A stretch of 64,000 nt of DNA from Clostridium sp. (GCF_036660475.1 NZ_JAVXAO010000001.1:38257-102256); one strand, 5' to 3'. Positions 1-10,290 are shown, counted from the stretch's first letter. Numbers and translations: made by a program. The notes: a model not told the origin generated them from the sequence alone.

Positions 1-1236
1 GATAGACAACTTAGTGCACTTAAAAGAGGAGTAGACATAGTAGTTGGAACTCCAGGTAGAATACTAGACCACATAAACAGAAGAACTTTAAAACTTCAAG
101 ATGTAAAATTCTTAGTTTTAGATGAAGCTGACGAAATGTTAAACATGGGATTCATTGAAGATATCGAAAGTATCCTTTCTAACTTAAGTGAAGAAAGACA
201 AACACTTTTATTTTCTGCAACGATGCCAAGACAAATTAAAATGCTTTCTAAAAACTACATGAAGCAAGATACTCAACACATAGCAATCGCTAAGAAATCT
301 ATGACTGTTTCTAAAATAAAGCAATCATACTTCTTAGTTAATTCATCTAACAAGTTTGATTCTCTTTGCAGAGTTTTAGATGTAGATAATCCAACTACAA
401 CTATCCTATTCTGTAAGACTAAAAAAGGTGTAGATGAACTAGTTGATTCATTACATAGCAAAGGCTATAGCGTTGAAGGTATGCATGGAGACATGAAGCA
501 AAGTCAAAGAATGAACACTTTAGCTAAATTTAAAAATGGTCAGTTACATTTCCTTATAGCAACAGACGTTGCTGCTCGTGGAATTGACGTTGAAAATGTT
601 ACTCACGTTATCAACTATGACCTACCACAAGATATCGAATCTTATGTTCATAGAATTGGTAGAACTGGTAGAGCAAACAAAGAAGGTATTGCTTATAACT
701 TTGCTACAAGAAAAGAAGTGTCTTTCATAAGACAAATCGAAAATCATACAAAGAGCAAAATTGATAAGAAAGAACTTCCTACTTTAGCTGATATATTCTC
801 TGCTAAATCAGGAAGCTTACTTGAAAACATATCAAATGTTTTACAAGAAGATTCTTATAACAACTTCTTACCAATGGCTAAAGAACTTATAACAGAGTAT
901 GGTGCAGAAGATGTTGCAGCTTCTCTTCTTAAACTTATGTTTGATAGAGAATTAAACTGTAACTACTCAGATGATAGTTCTTCTGAAGTTGAAGAAACTA
1001 CTAGATTATTCTTATCTATAGGTAAGCTTGATAAAGCAAAAACTAAAGATGTTATAGAATTCCTAGACAACACTGCTGGAGTTAAAGGTAAAGAAATTGG
1101 TAGAATTGATATTCTAGACAAATTTGCCTTCGTAGATGTACCTACAAACCTAGTAGATGTTATAATGAGTAACGCTAAAGGTCAAATGTTTGGAAAAAGA
1201 AAAGTTAATATAGAAATTTCAAACAAAAGAAGATAA
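1..1236 (+). CDS. DEAD-box ATP-dependent RNA helicase, 5'-truncated by the window edge (CshA/DeaD-like, DbpA-type C-terminal RNA-binding domain)
   Basis: Frame 1 is open from base 1 (DRQLSALKRGVDIVVGTPGR...VLDEADEML). It contains the DEAD, SAT and HRIGRTGR motifs plus a DbpA-like tail. The listed ORF 136..1236 only starts at an internal Met. Confidence 0.9.
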   Translation, partial: DRQLSALKRGVDIVVGTPGRILDHINRRTLKLQDVKFLVLDEADEMLNMGFIEDIESILSNLSEERQTLLFSATMPRQIKMLSKNYMKQDTQHIAIAKKSMTVSKIKQSYFLVNSSNKFDSLCRVLDVDNPTTTILFCKTKKGVDELVDSLHSKGYSVEGMHGDMKQSQRMNTLAKFKNGQLHFLIATDVAARGIDVENVTHVINYDLPQDIESYVHRIGRTGRANKEGIAYNFATRKEVSFIRQIENHTKSKIDKKELPTLADIFSAKSGSLLENISNVLQEDSYNNFLPMAKELITEYGAEDVAASLLKLMFDRELNCNYSDDSSSEVEETTRLFLSIGKLDKAKTKDVIEFLDNTAGVKGKEIGRIDILDKFAFVDVPTNLVDVIMSNAKGQMFGKRKVNIEISNKRR

Positions 1237-1242
1237 TAATAG

Positions 1243-1276
1243 AGGAACCATCTCAAACGAGATAGTTCCTTTTTTA
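1243..1276 (+). terminator. Rho-independent terminator of the helicase gene
   Basis: Hairpin aggaaccatctc/gagatagttcct followed by a TTTTT run. Confidence 0.6.
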
Positions 1277-1327
1277 ATTATTTTTTGTTTCATATATTAT
1301 GATTATATAATTTAAAAACCTCTTTAT

Positions 1328-2083
1328 TTATTTTATAATCTCTCCACCACTTGAAATAGTAACTTCATTATATGGTACAATTACCTGTGACTTAAGCATA
1401 GCATTTTTAACCGCCGAAACTATTCCCGCACAGCAAGGAACTTCCATTCTAACTACAGTTATGCTCTTTATATTATTACTCTTTAATATTTCAGCTATTT
1501 TATCCTCGTAATGCTTAACATCATCTAGCTTTGGACAGCCTATTATAGTTATTTTATCCTTCATAAACTCTTTATGAAAATTTCCATAAGCATATGCTGT
1601 ACAATCTGCCGCTATTAATAAATCTGCATTTTTAAGGTATGGTGCTACTGTATTTATTAAATTAAGTTGCACTGGCCACTGTCTTAACTCTGATTGATTG
1701 TTTTCTATATCTTCTACTTTTTTAGTTGATGTTTGTAATGTTGCTATAGTTTTTCTTTCAATAGCCTTTGCCATAGTACCCGGACAGCCACAAGGCATCT
1801 TCTTCTCTTCCTTTGGTTTAGCTTCCTGATCCTTATTTTCACTCAACTCTTGAATTCTTGACTTCACTGCATCATCATCGTATTCATCTGCATCTCTTTC
1901 AATCATTTCAATAGCTCCCGTTGGACAGTTAGGGAGGCAATCCCCTAATCCATCACAATATATATCACTTACAAGTTTAGCCTTACCATCTACAAGCTCT
2001 ATAGCCTTTTCATGGCAAGCCGTAACACATAATCCACATCCATTACATTTTTCTTCATGTATTTTTATTATTTTTCTTTTCAT
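1328..2083 (-). CDS. 4Fe-4S dicluster domain protein (ferredoxin-like N-terminus plus Cys-containing C-terminal domain)
   Basis: Two cluster motifs, CNGCGLCVTAC and CDGLGDCLPNCP. RBS ggggga lies upstream of the ATG. Confidence 0.75.
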   Translation of the reverse strand: MKRKIIKIHEEKCNGCGLCVTACHEKAIELVDGKAKLVSDIYCDGLGDCLPNCPTGAIEMIERDADEYDDDAVKSRIQELSENKDQEAKPKEEKKMPCGCPGTMAKAIERKTIATLQTSTKKVEDIENNQSELRQWPVQLNLINTVAPYLKNADLLIAADCTAYAYGNFHKEFMKDKITIIGCPKLDDVKHYEDKIAEILKSNNIKSITVVRMEVPCCAGIVSAVKNAMLKSQVIVPYNEVTISSGGEIIK

Positions 2084-2136
2084 TGAAAATCCCCCTTAAA
2101 TTTTATTTGTTAAACTCCTATATTATAGTCTAATTA

Positions 2137-2163
2137 TACATACATACACTAAGTATGTATGTA
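2137..2163. promoter_or_regulatory. Perfect 11-5-11 inverted repeat, candidate operator in a divergent promoter region
   Basis: tacatacatac-actaa-gtatgtatgta lies 54-80 nt upstream of the 4Fe-4S gene start. Confidence 0.35.
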
Positions 2164-2410
2164 ACCATTGTTACGTATACATTAAATATTATAATTTATT
2201 CTTGAAATTCAGACTGTTTAAATATATAATTCCTATATCAAATGATTCTTATATTCACCCGGAGTTTATTTTTCAAAACCATCTCACTCTAGATGAATGT
2301 CATAAGAACTCACCTAGGTTTCGCACCCTATTATTCCAAATTTAAAAGAAGATAGTGGCGTTACAGCTACTAGACCTAAAATAAATCTATTTAATAAGGA
2401 AGTGTTTTAA

Positions 2411-2572
2411 ATGATACCGGTAAATTACATAGTAGTTTCCTTTGATGGTGATTATGCTATTTTAAGAGATGAAAATAACAATACAAATAAGGTTGCCTTA
2501 GCTTTACTTCCAATGGAAATAAAAGAAGGAACCCACGTTCTATTCGAAAACTTTGAATACACAATTATATAA
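2411..2572 (+). CDS. Small DUF3006-like protein (53 aa, below the ORF-track cutoff)
   Basis: ATG preceded by aaggaag. Translation is MIPVNYIVVSFDGDYAILRDENNNTNKVALALLPMEIKEGTHVLFENFEYTII, which has the F-x-GDYA-(I/V)L ... LP ... KEG pattern of DUF3006. A terminator follows. Confidence 0.55.
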   Translation: MIPVNYIVVSFDGDYAILRDENNNTNKVALALLPMEIKEGTHVLFENFEYTII

Positions 2573-2575
2573 GTT

Positions 2576-2615
2576 AAAGGTTGGATGATACTATTTCAAA
2601 TATCATCCAACCTTT
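2576..2615. terminator. Bidirectional terminator between the DUF3006 gene and trxA
   Basis: Perfect 15-bp stem aaaggttggatgata/tatcatccaaccttt with A/T runs on both sides. Confidence 0.65.
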
Positions 2616-2650
2616 AATATTTTATTCAATTAATAAATTTATAGACATTT

Positions 2651-2962
2651 TTAGATATGAGCTTCTATTTTTGCTTTAATAACTTCCTTAGGTGAAAATC
2701 CTACCATTGTATCTACTACTTCACCATCTTTAAATATTTTTATAGTTGGAACAGAAACAACCTTAAACTCTAGTGCTATCTTACTGCACTCGTCCACATC
2801 CGCTTTAAAGAATTTAGCCTTCCCTTCCATCTCTTTTCCTAATTCCTCGAACACTGGTGCTAACATTTTGCATGGTCCACACCAAGTTGCAGAAAAGTCT
2901 ACAACTGCAACCCCACTTGCTATTTCACTTTTAAATTCATTTGGAACAACTGATTTTACCAT
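2651..2962 (-). CDS. trxA: Thioredoxin
   Basis: 103 aa with the WCGPC active site and a thioredoxin fold pattern. RBS aaggagg. Confidence 0.92.
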   Translation of the reverse strand: MVKSVVPNEFKSEIASGVAVVDFSATWCGPCKMLAPVFEELGKEMEGKAKFFKADVDECSKIALEFKVVSVPTIKIFKDGEVVDTMVGFSPKEVIKAKIEAHI

Positions 2963-3176
2963 TTAAAATTCCTCCTTAGTAACTTTTTGAATCTATATAA
3001 GTAAACCACATACAGTTTAACCTTCATGTAGTTTAATTATTCTTAAATTATTATCGATATTTAAACTTCATTTTATTAACCTATTTAAACTTGAATTAAA
3101 GTTATTTTAATATAAATTATATAATGTATATAATTTATATAATTTATATACATATAATCTTAATTTTTAGTCACGT

Positions 3177-3926
3177 CTACTTTTCACTTGATAAACCTTT
3201 TACATTAGCTAAAAATTTTCTTGTTCTTTCATTCTTAGGATTTAGAAATATTTCTTCTGGCTTTCCAGCTTCTACAACTATTCCATCCGCCATAAATATA
3301 ACTCTATCTGCAACATCCCTAGCAAATCCCATCTCATGGGTAACTATTATCATAGTTAGATGCTCTTTTGCTAAGTTTTTTATTACACTTAATACTTCTC
3401 CTACTAGTTCTGGATCCAAAGCTGATGTAGGTTCATCAAATAATATAACCTCTGGATTTATTGCCATAGCTCTAGCAATAGCAACACGCTGTTTTTGACC
3501 ACCTGATAAGTTTTTAGGATATACATCTTTTTTCTCACCCATATTTACCTTTTCAAGCATTTCACTGGCAATATTTTCAGCTTCTTTTTTGCTAAACTTT
3601 TTCACTAAAACTAAAGCCTCCATTATATTTTCAATAACCGTTTTATTATTAAATAGATTATAATTTTGGAAAACCATAGCGGACTGTTTTCTTAAATTAT
3701 TAACTTCATTATTATTAATATGTTTTGCATTTATGCTTGCACTTCCTATGGTTATTTCACCCTCTGTTGGAACCTCCAAGTAGTTTAAACACCTTAAAAA
3801 TGTAGATTTGCCTGAACCAGATGGACCTATTATTACTACAACTTCACCAGTCTCAACCTCTAAATTTATATTTTTTAGAACCTCTAATTTCCCATAGGTC
3901 TTCTTTAAATTTTTAATACTTATCAT
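3177..3926 (-). CDS. Polar amino-acid ABC transporter ATP-binding protein
   Basis: Walker [10 protein letters not shown], signature LSGGQKQR, Walker [12 protein letters not shown]. Confidence 0.92.
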   Translation of the reverse strand: MISIKNLKKTYGKLEVLKNINLEVETGEVVVIIGPSGSGKSTFLRCLNYLEVPTEGEITIGSASINAKHINNNEVNNLRKQSAMVFQNYNLFNNKTVIENIMEALVLVKKFSKKEAENIASEMLEKVNMGEKKDVYPKNLSGGQKQRVAIARAMAINPEVILFDEPTSALDPELVGEVLSVIKNLAKEHLTMIIVTHEMGFARDVADRVIFMADGIVVEAGKPEEIFLNPKNERTRKFLANVKGLSSEK

Positions 3927-3940
3927 TCGCTAAACTCTCC

Positions 3941-5389
3941 TTAATAAGCTGAAATTTTTCTTTCTAGCAACCTCTGAAAATAGTTAACAATACCTATTAG
4001 TATCCAATATACTATAGCAATAACTATATAACTTTCAAAGAATCTATAACTAGCAGCCGCACTCATCTGGGCCCTTGATAAAATTTCTGTAACTCCTAGT
4101 GTAAATGCTAATGATGACCCCTTAACATTATCAACAAATATATTTCCTAGTGATGGTATCGCTATCCTAAATGCTTGTGGAAGCACTACCCTTCTCATCC
4201 CTTGTGATTTAGTCATTCCCATAGACAAACAAGCCTCCATTTGCCCCCTATCTATGGCCTCAATTGCCCCTCTTAATGTTTCCGCAATATACGCTGACGC
4301 ATTAAGCCCAAGACCTATATATGCAGCTGTAAAGGCACTCATATTCTGTAGTGCTGGAATTATTTGTGGAAGTCCAAAGTACAATAAGAATAATTGAACT
4401 AAAAGAGGTGTTCCTCTAAAGAATGAAACATGTATTCCAACTATCTGTTTCAATATTGGAATCTTAAACACTCTTATAACCGCTATTGATATTCCAATCA
4501 CAAGCCCTATTGCCATAGATATTATTGTAAGATATATGGTAGTTTTAAGTCCTTCCATCACCGACAACATTAATTTTTTTAAATAACTTTCCGAACCATT
4601 TGATGTAATATCTGTATTTAGCCATTGCTTAGATATCTTTTCAAAAGTTCCATCATTTTTCATATCAGAAAGAACTTGATTTATTTTTTCTACCAATGCT
4701 TTATTTTCCTCTGTCTTTTGAAACGGAAACGCATTGTAAATTTCTTCTATTGGCTCTCCAACCAATTCTAGTTCCAAGCCCTTTTCATTTATTGTAACTA
4801 GGGCTGAAATTCTATCTACCACTACCCCTTGAATTCTACCTAACATAAGATCATTAAAGGCCGCATCAGTACTTTGATATGTAATAACCTCAATTTCATT
4901 ATTTATATCCTTATCCTTAACTATTTTCTCATAATTACTGCCGAGGTCTACACCTACAGTTTTTCCCTTTAAGTCTTCAAATGAATTGATACCTTCACTA
5001 TTTCCCTTTTTCACTATAATCTGTGCTCCACTATAAACATATGGGTCGGAAAAATAATACTTCTCCTCCCTTTCTGGTGTTACAGTTATCTGATTTGAAA
5101 TAGTACTTGCTTTTCCTGAATCTAACATCCCAAATAGCCCGCTAAATGATGCGGTTTTAAACTCAATGTCATACCCTAATCTTTTCCCTATCTCATTCCA
5201 AACATCCACATCAAAACCTTCTACCTCATTTCCACTTGAAAATGTAAATGGATAATATGTACCAGACATTGCAACCGTAAGTTTTTTATCTTTGATTCTA
5301 TTTACTTCATTATTATTTTTGAATATACCTACTCCAACTATTATAGTAATTAAAATAAAAATCAATAATATGATTATTTTTTTCTTCAA
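3941..5389 (-). CDS. Fused substrate-binding domain / permease subunit of an amino-acid ABC transporter
   Basis: N-terminal TM plus a family-3 solute-binding domain, then a polar-amino-acid permease with the EAA-type loop (EAIDRGQMEACLSMGM). It sits in an operon with the ATPase. Confidence 0.88.
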   Translation of the reverse strand: MKKKIIILLIFILITIIVGVGIFKNNNEVNRIKDKKLTVAMSGTYYPFTFSSGNEVEGFDVDVWNEIGKRLGYDIEFKTASFSGLFGMLDSGKASTISNQITVTPEREEKYYFSDPYVYSGAQIIVKKGNSEGINSFEDLKGKTVGVDLGSNYEKIVKDKDINNEIEVITYQSTDAAFNDLMLGRIQGVVVDRISALVTINEKGLELELVGEPIEEIYNAFPFQKTEENKALVEKINQVLSDMKNDGTFEKISKQWLNTDITSNGSESYLKKLMLSVMEGLKTTIYLTIISMAIGLVIGISIAVIRVFKIPILKQIVGIHVSFFRGTPLLVQLFLLYFGLPQIIPALQNMSAFTAAYIGLGLNASAYIAETLRGAIEAIDRGQMEACLSMGMTKSQGMRRVVLPQAFRIAIPSLGNIFVDNVKGSSLAFTLGVTEILSRAQMSAAASYRFFESYIVIAIVYWILIGIVNYFQRLLERKISAY

Positions 5390-5685
5390 TTTATTATCTC
5401 CTTATTGTTATCTTATAATTTATTTTTACACCACTGCTTCCCTATATTGTTTTATCGCAATTTGTTATATTATAATTTATTTTGTCGTTAAAGTATACCA
5501 ATTTATAAACCCAATAACAACTAGTTATCTTGTGTCAACTTAAGTTAATTTCTAATAATTTATATTCTATATTGCTATTTATGCTTCTTTTACCTTAACC
5601 TATGCAAACTCTATAAAAAAAGCTTTATATTCTATATGGTTATTTATACTCCACACACATATGTATTTATAGGGAAATTTAAATT

Positions 5686-5742
5686 AAAAAGCCACAATTA
5701 CTCTATAGGCTAGTGCCTATTATAAGTAATTGTAGCTTTTGC
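5686..5742 (-). terminator. Terminator of the dppA-like gene
   Basis: On the minus strand: aaagctacaattact ... agtaattgtggcttt followed by tttaattt. Confidence 0.6.
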
Positions 5743-5827
5743 TTTAAAAATATCGACTAAACTTTTTGGTTTAATTGTACTAAAGATGATCTCCGTATAT
5801 AGATAAATCTATCCTTTCCTTATTCGA

Positions 5828-6655
5828 TTATCTTATCCAACTTCCAGCTAGAGTTATTAATCCGCCTCTAATTTTATAAGCCTCTAATATATCTTTAGCT
5901 CTATATCTTATTCTATTTGGAGCTATTAACTCTACCCCAGGAATACATAGAGTTCCCTCTGCCATTCCACTATCTGCAAATGCTATTTCAAGATCAATTT
6001 CCCCTTTTATAACATTTGGTTTTATTACCTCTTTATAATTTGAAGAAAGTATTTTAACTGCGCCATCTTCTAAAAGTTTATGAACTCTCTTAGGTTGCAC
6101 GCACTCTGCCACATATCTACTATGGGCTTTTTTAACTTGTACTGCTTCAATATTTTTATTAAAAGCCTTAGATTGTGATGTTAAAACATCGTCTCCAGAA
6201 ACCATAACTACAGGAACACCAAAATGTCCAGCCACCAAAGAATTAAATTCAAATTCTCCAACAACTTCCCCATTTATCTTAATTTCCGATACTACAGAAC
6301 CATTATAGCTATGTGCAAGAACCCCTGGAGTATTATGTCTACCATGATAACCTACAAGAAAAACTCCATCGAAGGTTTCATCTATGCCTTCCATCATACC
6401 CAGAAGTTTTTTATTTCCACTTATTAAAATTACATCCTCATCAATATTCTCAATAAGAATATTAGTCATTGGTCCATGAGAGTCATTAACTAATATATCC
6501 CTGGCACCTGCAGCTTTTGCCCCTCTTATCGCTGCATTTACCTCCTCTGTCATAAGCTTTCTAGCTCTTTCATAATTATGTCCACCTTCATTGGTAAATC
6601 CCCAATTTGTTACTCCACTTATCCCCTCAATATCTGCTGAAATATAAATTTTCAT
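5828..6655 (-). CDS. D-aminopeptidase, peptidase family M55 (DppA-like)
   Basis: MKIYISADIEGISGV N-terminus and overall M55 pattern, 275 aa. Confidence 0.85.
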   Translation of the reverse strand: MKIYISADIEGISGVTNWGFTNEGGHNYERARKLMTEEVNAAIRGAKAAGARDILVNDSHGPMTNILIENIDEDVILISGNKKLLGMMEGIDETFDGVFLVGYHGRHNTPGVLAHSYNGSVVSEIKINGEVVGEFEFNSLVAGHFGVPVVMVSGDDVLTSQSKAFNKNIEAVQVKKAHSRYVAECVQPKRVHKLLEDGAVKILSSNYKEVIKPNVIKGEIDLEIAFADSGMAEGTLCIPGVELIAPNRIRYRAKDILEAYKIRGGLITLAGSWIR

Positions 6656-6826
6656 AATGATTCCCCCCTATGTAATATTAATATTATATTAGCACACTTA
6701 TTACATTAATATAAATAAAATCCACATACTGCAAACTACCCCTTTTATATATATAATTATATCAGTATATTAATCCTCAGAAACTTATATACTTATACAA
6801 ATCCATTTTGATAAGGAGGAATCTAT

Positions 6827-7054
6827 ATGTCCAAATTTAGCCCACTTATTTTTCTTTTCAGTTCCCTTAATATATTAATAGTTCTTGGTTCAATCGCTGG
6901 TTTTGTATGCCTAGTTGTATGTATTTTCAAAATTAATAAAAGTGTTAAAGTTACTAATTCTAAATTAGATGAAATTATCAAATTGCAACAACAAAATATC
7001 ACTAATGAAAAACTAGACCAAGTTATATCTCTCTTTAAAAAAGATATAAATTAA
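6827..7054 (+). CDS. Small membrane protein, function unknown
   Basis: RBS aaggagg 7 nt upstream. One TM helix then a coiled polar tail. A long hairpin terminator lies downstream. Confidence 0.5.
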   Translation: MSKFSPLIFLFSSLNILIVLGSIAGFVCLVVCIFKINKSVKVTNSKLDEIIKLQQQNITNEKLDQVISLFKKDIN

Positions 7055-7118
7055 CTGCTATGTTTTAATCCATTGTTAGTAAAACCTTTAACTATGATGT
7101 AAAATATAGCTAAATTTA

Positions 7119-7194
7119 AAAAGGCTATCTCAAGCTTAAATATGTTTTAAACTCATGTTAAAACATATTTCAATTATCTTGAGATAGCCTTTTA
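7119..7194 (+). terminator. Long hairpin terminator
   Basis: aaaggctatctcaag ... cttgagatagccttt encloses an inner hairpin atatgttttaa/ttaaaacatat. Confidence 0.55.
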
Positions 7195-7317
7195 ATCTGA
7201 CCAATAATTAAATTTCATAGTTTCGTTTATTGCGCTTTAAAGCTTAATTTCATTTCATTTTCAAAGTATATAAAATGCCATACGCTGGTATGGCATAATC
7301 ATAAGTTATATTTAACT

Positions 7318-7653
7318 TTAATAAATCATTCTTTTTAAACCTTCCAAGAAAAAGCCAATATCTACTTCTCCTCTTTTAAGCATAGCTAACATATTAGTAA
7401 AAATAAATTCAGCTAATTTTTCCTTTGTAAATGTATCTGTCCAGGTTTCACTATTTATAGTTTCTTCTGAATCTAGTAACGCTACAATACGTCTACTTAT
7501 TCTTCCAAAAAACTCATTTTCTTTTATTCTCCCTAGGGATTTTTCACTTGCTAGCTACAGAACGAATACTAATTGATGAAATACTTTGTGCTACTGCAAT
7601 CTCTTTTGCCGCTTGAGGTATTACTTCTCTTGGAGTTTCTGAAAATTTATTCA
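7318..7653 (-). pseudogene. Frameshifted small gene (unknown family, possibly regulator-like)
   Basis: The minus strand has RBS gaggt plus ATG, giving MNKFSETPREVIPQAAKEIAVAQSISSISIRSVASK then a stop. The next frame continues ASEKSLGRIKENEFFGRISRRIVALLDSEE...GFFLEGLKRMIY up to a stop followed by a hairpin (7274..7297). Confidence 0.4.
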
Positions 7654-7887
7654 TTTAAAATAACCTCACATCTGAACATTGTTCACTTTGATTATATGAC
7701 CCAATTTTTTCCAAGTCAATGGTAATAAAATTAAAAACTCTAGATAGGTGTTATCCACAATATAACACTCACCTAAAGTCTTACTCTCTATACTTTAATT
7801 GTAACATAGCACCACTCAAATAAACAGTCTGTTATTTTGGATATTTTTCCTATATGCTTTAAATATATTATTTTAAGGAGGACTATT

Positions 7888-8916
7888 ATGATACGTGGAT
7901 ATGCTACATTAGATAACACTGAAAATTATTTTAACTCTAGAGGAATCCCATTCAAAAACTGTGACTTTTTTGCTGGTTCTGAAATTGCTATAGGTACTCA
8001 CCTTGGGAATTTTTCTGATGAAGATTCAAATATGTATATAGACACTTTAACCTTAGGCCTACAAAATGGTATTAACTTTATAGATACAGCAGTTAACTAT
8101 CGTGGGATGCGTTCTGAAGTAGATATCGGTATAGTATTAAAGGATTTAATTTCTACTAGGAAGCTTTTAACCCGTGATGAAATTATAATTTCAACCAAGG
8201 GTGGTCAGATTTTTGGAGATATTCTTAAAGGAATTCCTCCAATAAAATATATAGATGACGTTCTAATTAAAAATGGAATTATAAAATATGAAGACCTAAA
8301 TATTATAGACAATTCTAGATTTACAATGCATCCTAACTTTTATGAATTTACTATAGAACAAAGCCGAAAAAATCTTGGTGTTGAAACTATCGATATTCAC
8401 TATATTCATGACCCTGAAACTTCTAGACAAGTACTGGGCGAAGAAGTTTTCTACCATCAATTGAAGGAACTAATAAAATTCTATGAAAGTAAAGTTGATC
8501 TTGGCCATATCCGTTTCTATGGCATGGCTACTTGGGACTGCTTTATTTCTGACATGGATTCTCCATGGTATATTTCCATGGAAAAAGTAATGAATATTGT
8601 TCACAGTGTAGCTGGAGATAATCATCACTTTAAATTTATTCAACTTCCTTATAACAAGATAAATACCAAGGCTAAAACTTTTAAAAATCAACATGTGAGT
8701 GGCGAATTATATTCTGCTATAGATGCTGCTAAGGAACTTGGACTTACTGTAACTATAAGCTCACCACTAAATCAAATGGAGGACTTAGATGATTTAAATC
8801 TAACCCCTAAAGATTTAATCGAATATGTGACTAGTACTGATGGTGTTTTTTCAACTATGATTGGAATGAAAAACAAAGACCATCTGAAATATAATATGGA
8901 AATTTTTAAAAAATAA
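7888..8916 (+). CDS. Aldo/keto reductase family oxidoreductase
   Basis: AKR pattern (GINFIDTAVNYRG, IDIHYIHDP). I place the start at ATG 7888, directly after aaggagg, rather than at the track start 7837. Confidence 0.8.
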   Translation: MIRGYATLDNTENYFNSRGIPFKNCDFFAGSEIAIGTHLGNFSDEDSNMYIDTLTLGLQNGINFIDTAVNYRGMRSEVDIGIVLKDLISTRKLLTRDEIIISTKGGQIFGDILKGIPPIKYIDDVLIKNGIIKYEDLNIIDNSRFTMHPNFYEFTIEQSRKNLGVETIDIHYIHDPETSRQVLGEEVFYHQLKELIKFYESKVDLGHIRFYGMATWDCFISDMDSPWYISMEKVMNIVHSVAGDNHHFKFIQLPYNKINTKAKTFKNQHVSGELYSAIDAAKELGLTVTISSPLNQMEDLDDLNLTPKDLIEYVTSTDGVFSTMIGMKNKDHLKYNMEIFKK

Positions 8917-9375
8917 CTTTTCACCATGTTTAAGTGTAATATTTTTCATTGATATAATTTAGTCTCTCTTAGCTTAGATTATAAGTTTAAATATAAATCA
9001 TCAACACTAACCATACAAATACTAACTTATTAATTATATTCAGCGGTAGTTAGACACACTTTTTATATGTACCCTGTATATACCATTTTAAATTTTACTA
9101 TTAAAGCTACCGCTTTTGTACTTCCATATTACAATACTTTCTAGTAAATCATGTCTATGAATAGGTTTATCGGAATAATATAAAAATCTTATCAAACCTC
9201 AATTTAAACTATAACCTAATATTTAAGTAACCTAATTAATCCTATAAATATTTATTGTTTTTTGATAATTATGCCCTCTTTGCTATATAATACATATGGA
9301 GTATTAATAACTTTAATTATTTATTTATATTTATATTTATATTTATTACAAGTTAGTTTATAAATTTGACTCCTT

Positions 9376-9476
9376 AAAAACCCAAAAGGATTTTATCCTT
9401 AATTTTAATTTCCAATATTTTTAATGTTAATTTCTGATTCTAAATCTTAAATTTTAAATTTTTAATTCTTAATTTA
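9376..9476. repeat. Intergenic hairpin head plus 7-bp-period AT-rich tandem repeat
   Basis: aaaaacccaaaaggattttatcctt followed by ...ctaaatc ttaaatt ttaaatt tttaatt cttaatt. Confidence 0.75.
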
Positions 9477-9543
9477 ACCGTTAAATACTATTCCAGTTTA
9501 TTTTCAATAAAATTGTGTTAAAATTAGAAAGTGATGTGATATT

Positions 9544-10290
9544 ATGTCTAAAACTACTTTTAAAGGTAGTATTATGCTAAACCCAGTACCTTCAGTACTT
9601 ATAACTAGTAGAAATTCTGAGGGTAAGAATAATGTTTTTACTGTTGGTTGGATAGGTACTGCATGTACTAAGCCACCTATGATTACGGTAGCCATTAGAC
9701 CAGAAAGATTATCCTACGATTATATAAAAGATGGAAACTCCTTTGTTGTAAACTTAGCTTCTACTAACCTTGTAAAAGCTGTAGACTACTGTGGAGTGCG
9801 AAGTGGAAGAACTACAGATAAGTTTAAGGATATGAATCTTACGTTAAGTGAAGCTAAGGAAATTAACTGTGGGATTATTGATCAGTGCCCTGTTGCCTTT
9901 GAGTGTGTAGTAAAATCTATAACTCCCCTTGGCACCCATGATTTATTTTTAGCAGAGGTAGTAAGTTGTCATGTAGATGATAACCTGATAGATAAGGGTA
10001 GTAAAATTCATTTTGAAAAGGCTGATTTGCTTACATATTCTCATGGGGAATATTTCAGTGTAAATCCAACTCCTATTGGAAAATTTGGATACTCTGTTGC
10101 AAAAAAATCTTCATCTATAACCAAATCTACTGATAAAATTCAAAAACATATATCAAACGATAGTACACCTAAACTTAAGAATAAAGAATCTTCAAAGGAT
10201 GAATCTTTAAATAAATCGAAGATACATACTAAAAATAATAAGAGTAATAAATCTAAAACAACAAAAACTAAGAAAAGAACGCGTATTTAA
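9544..10290 (+). CDS. Flavin reductase-like (FMN-binding split-barrel) protein with a Lys/Ser-rich C-terminal tail
   Basis: The first ~185 aa show a Flavin_Reduct pattern (NVFTVGWIGTACTKPPMITVAIRP). The last 62 aa are a K/S/T/N-rich low-complexity tail. Confidence 0.8.
   Translation: MSKTTFKGSIMLNPVPSVLITSRNSEGKNNVFTVGWIGTACTKPPMITVAIRPERLSYDYIKDGNSFVVNLASTNLVKAVDYCGVRSGRTTDKFKDMNLTLSEAKEINCGIIDQCPVAFECVVKSITPLGTHDLFLAEVVSCHVDDNLIDKGSKIHFEKADLLTYSHGEYFSVNPTPIGKFGYSVAKKSSSITKSTDKIQKHISNDSTPKLKNKESSKDESLNKSKIHTKNNKSNKSKTTKTKKRTRI

Noticed and set aside
2240-2340. An apparent shared leader motif between 2243-2335 (upstream of the DUF3006 gene) and 22604-22695 (upstream of galK): attcttatattcaNNNggagttt ... 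agaac..ctag ... ttcgc/ttccgc.
   Set aside because: The similarity is patchy, roughly 60% with gaps. A back-of-envelope estimate for this base composition suggests that matches of the core size are expected by chance in a 64-kb window. I could not derive a common secondary structure. It would need a covariance or BLAST check before being called an RNA motif.
5390-5685. A T-box or riboswitch leader could lie upstream of the amino-acid ABC operon.
   Set aside because: Only a plausible sigma-A promoter (TTGTTA-17-TATACT on the minus strand) and a ~100-nt unstructured AT-rich leader were found. There is no specifier or T-box sequence and no terminator/antiterminator pair.
7837-7887. Upstream-extended starts given in the ORF track: 7837, 10331, 31595, 33419, 46459 and 47983.
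   Set aside because: In each case an internal ATG or TTG sits at canonical distance from a strong Shine-Dalgarno that the longer ORF would translate through, and the extra residues do not match the family N-termini.
9044-9116. A long-range stem, cagcggtag ... ctaccgct with a ~58-nt loop, could be a structured RNA or terminator downstream of the aldo/keto reductase gene.
   Set aside because: It has only an 8-9-bp stem, a very large unstructured AT-rich loop and a weak T-run. That is insufficient to call.
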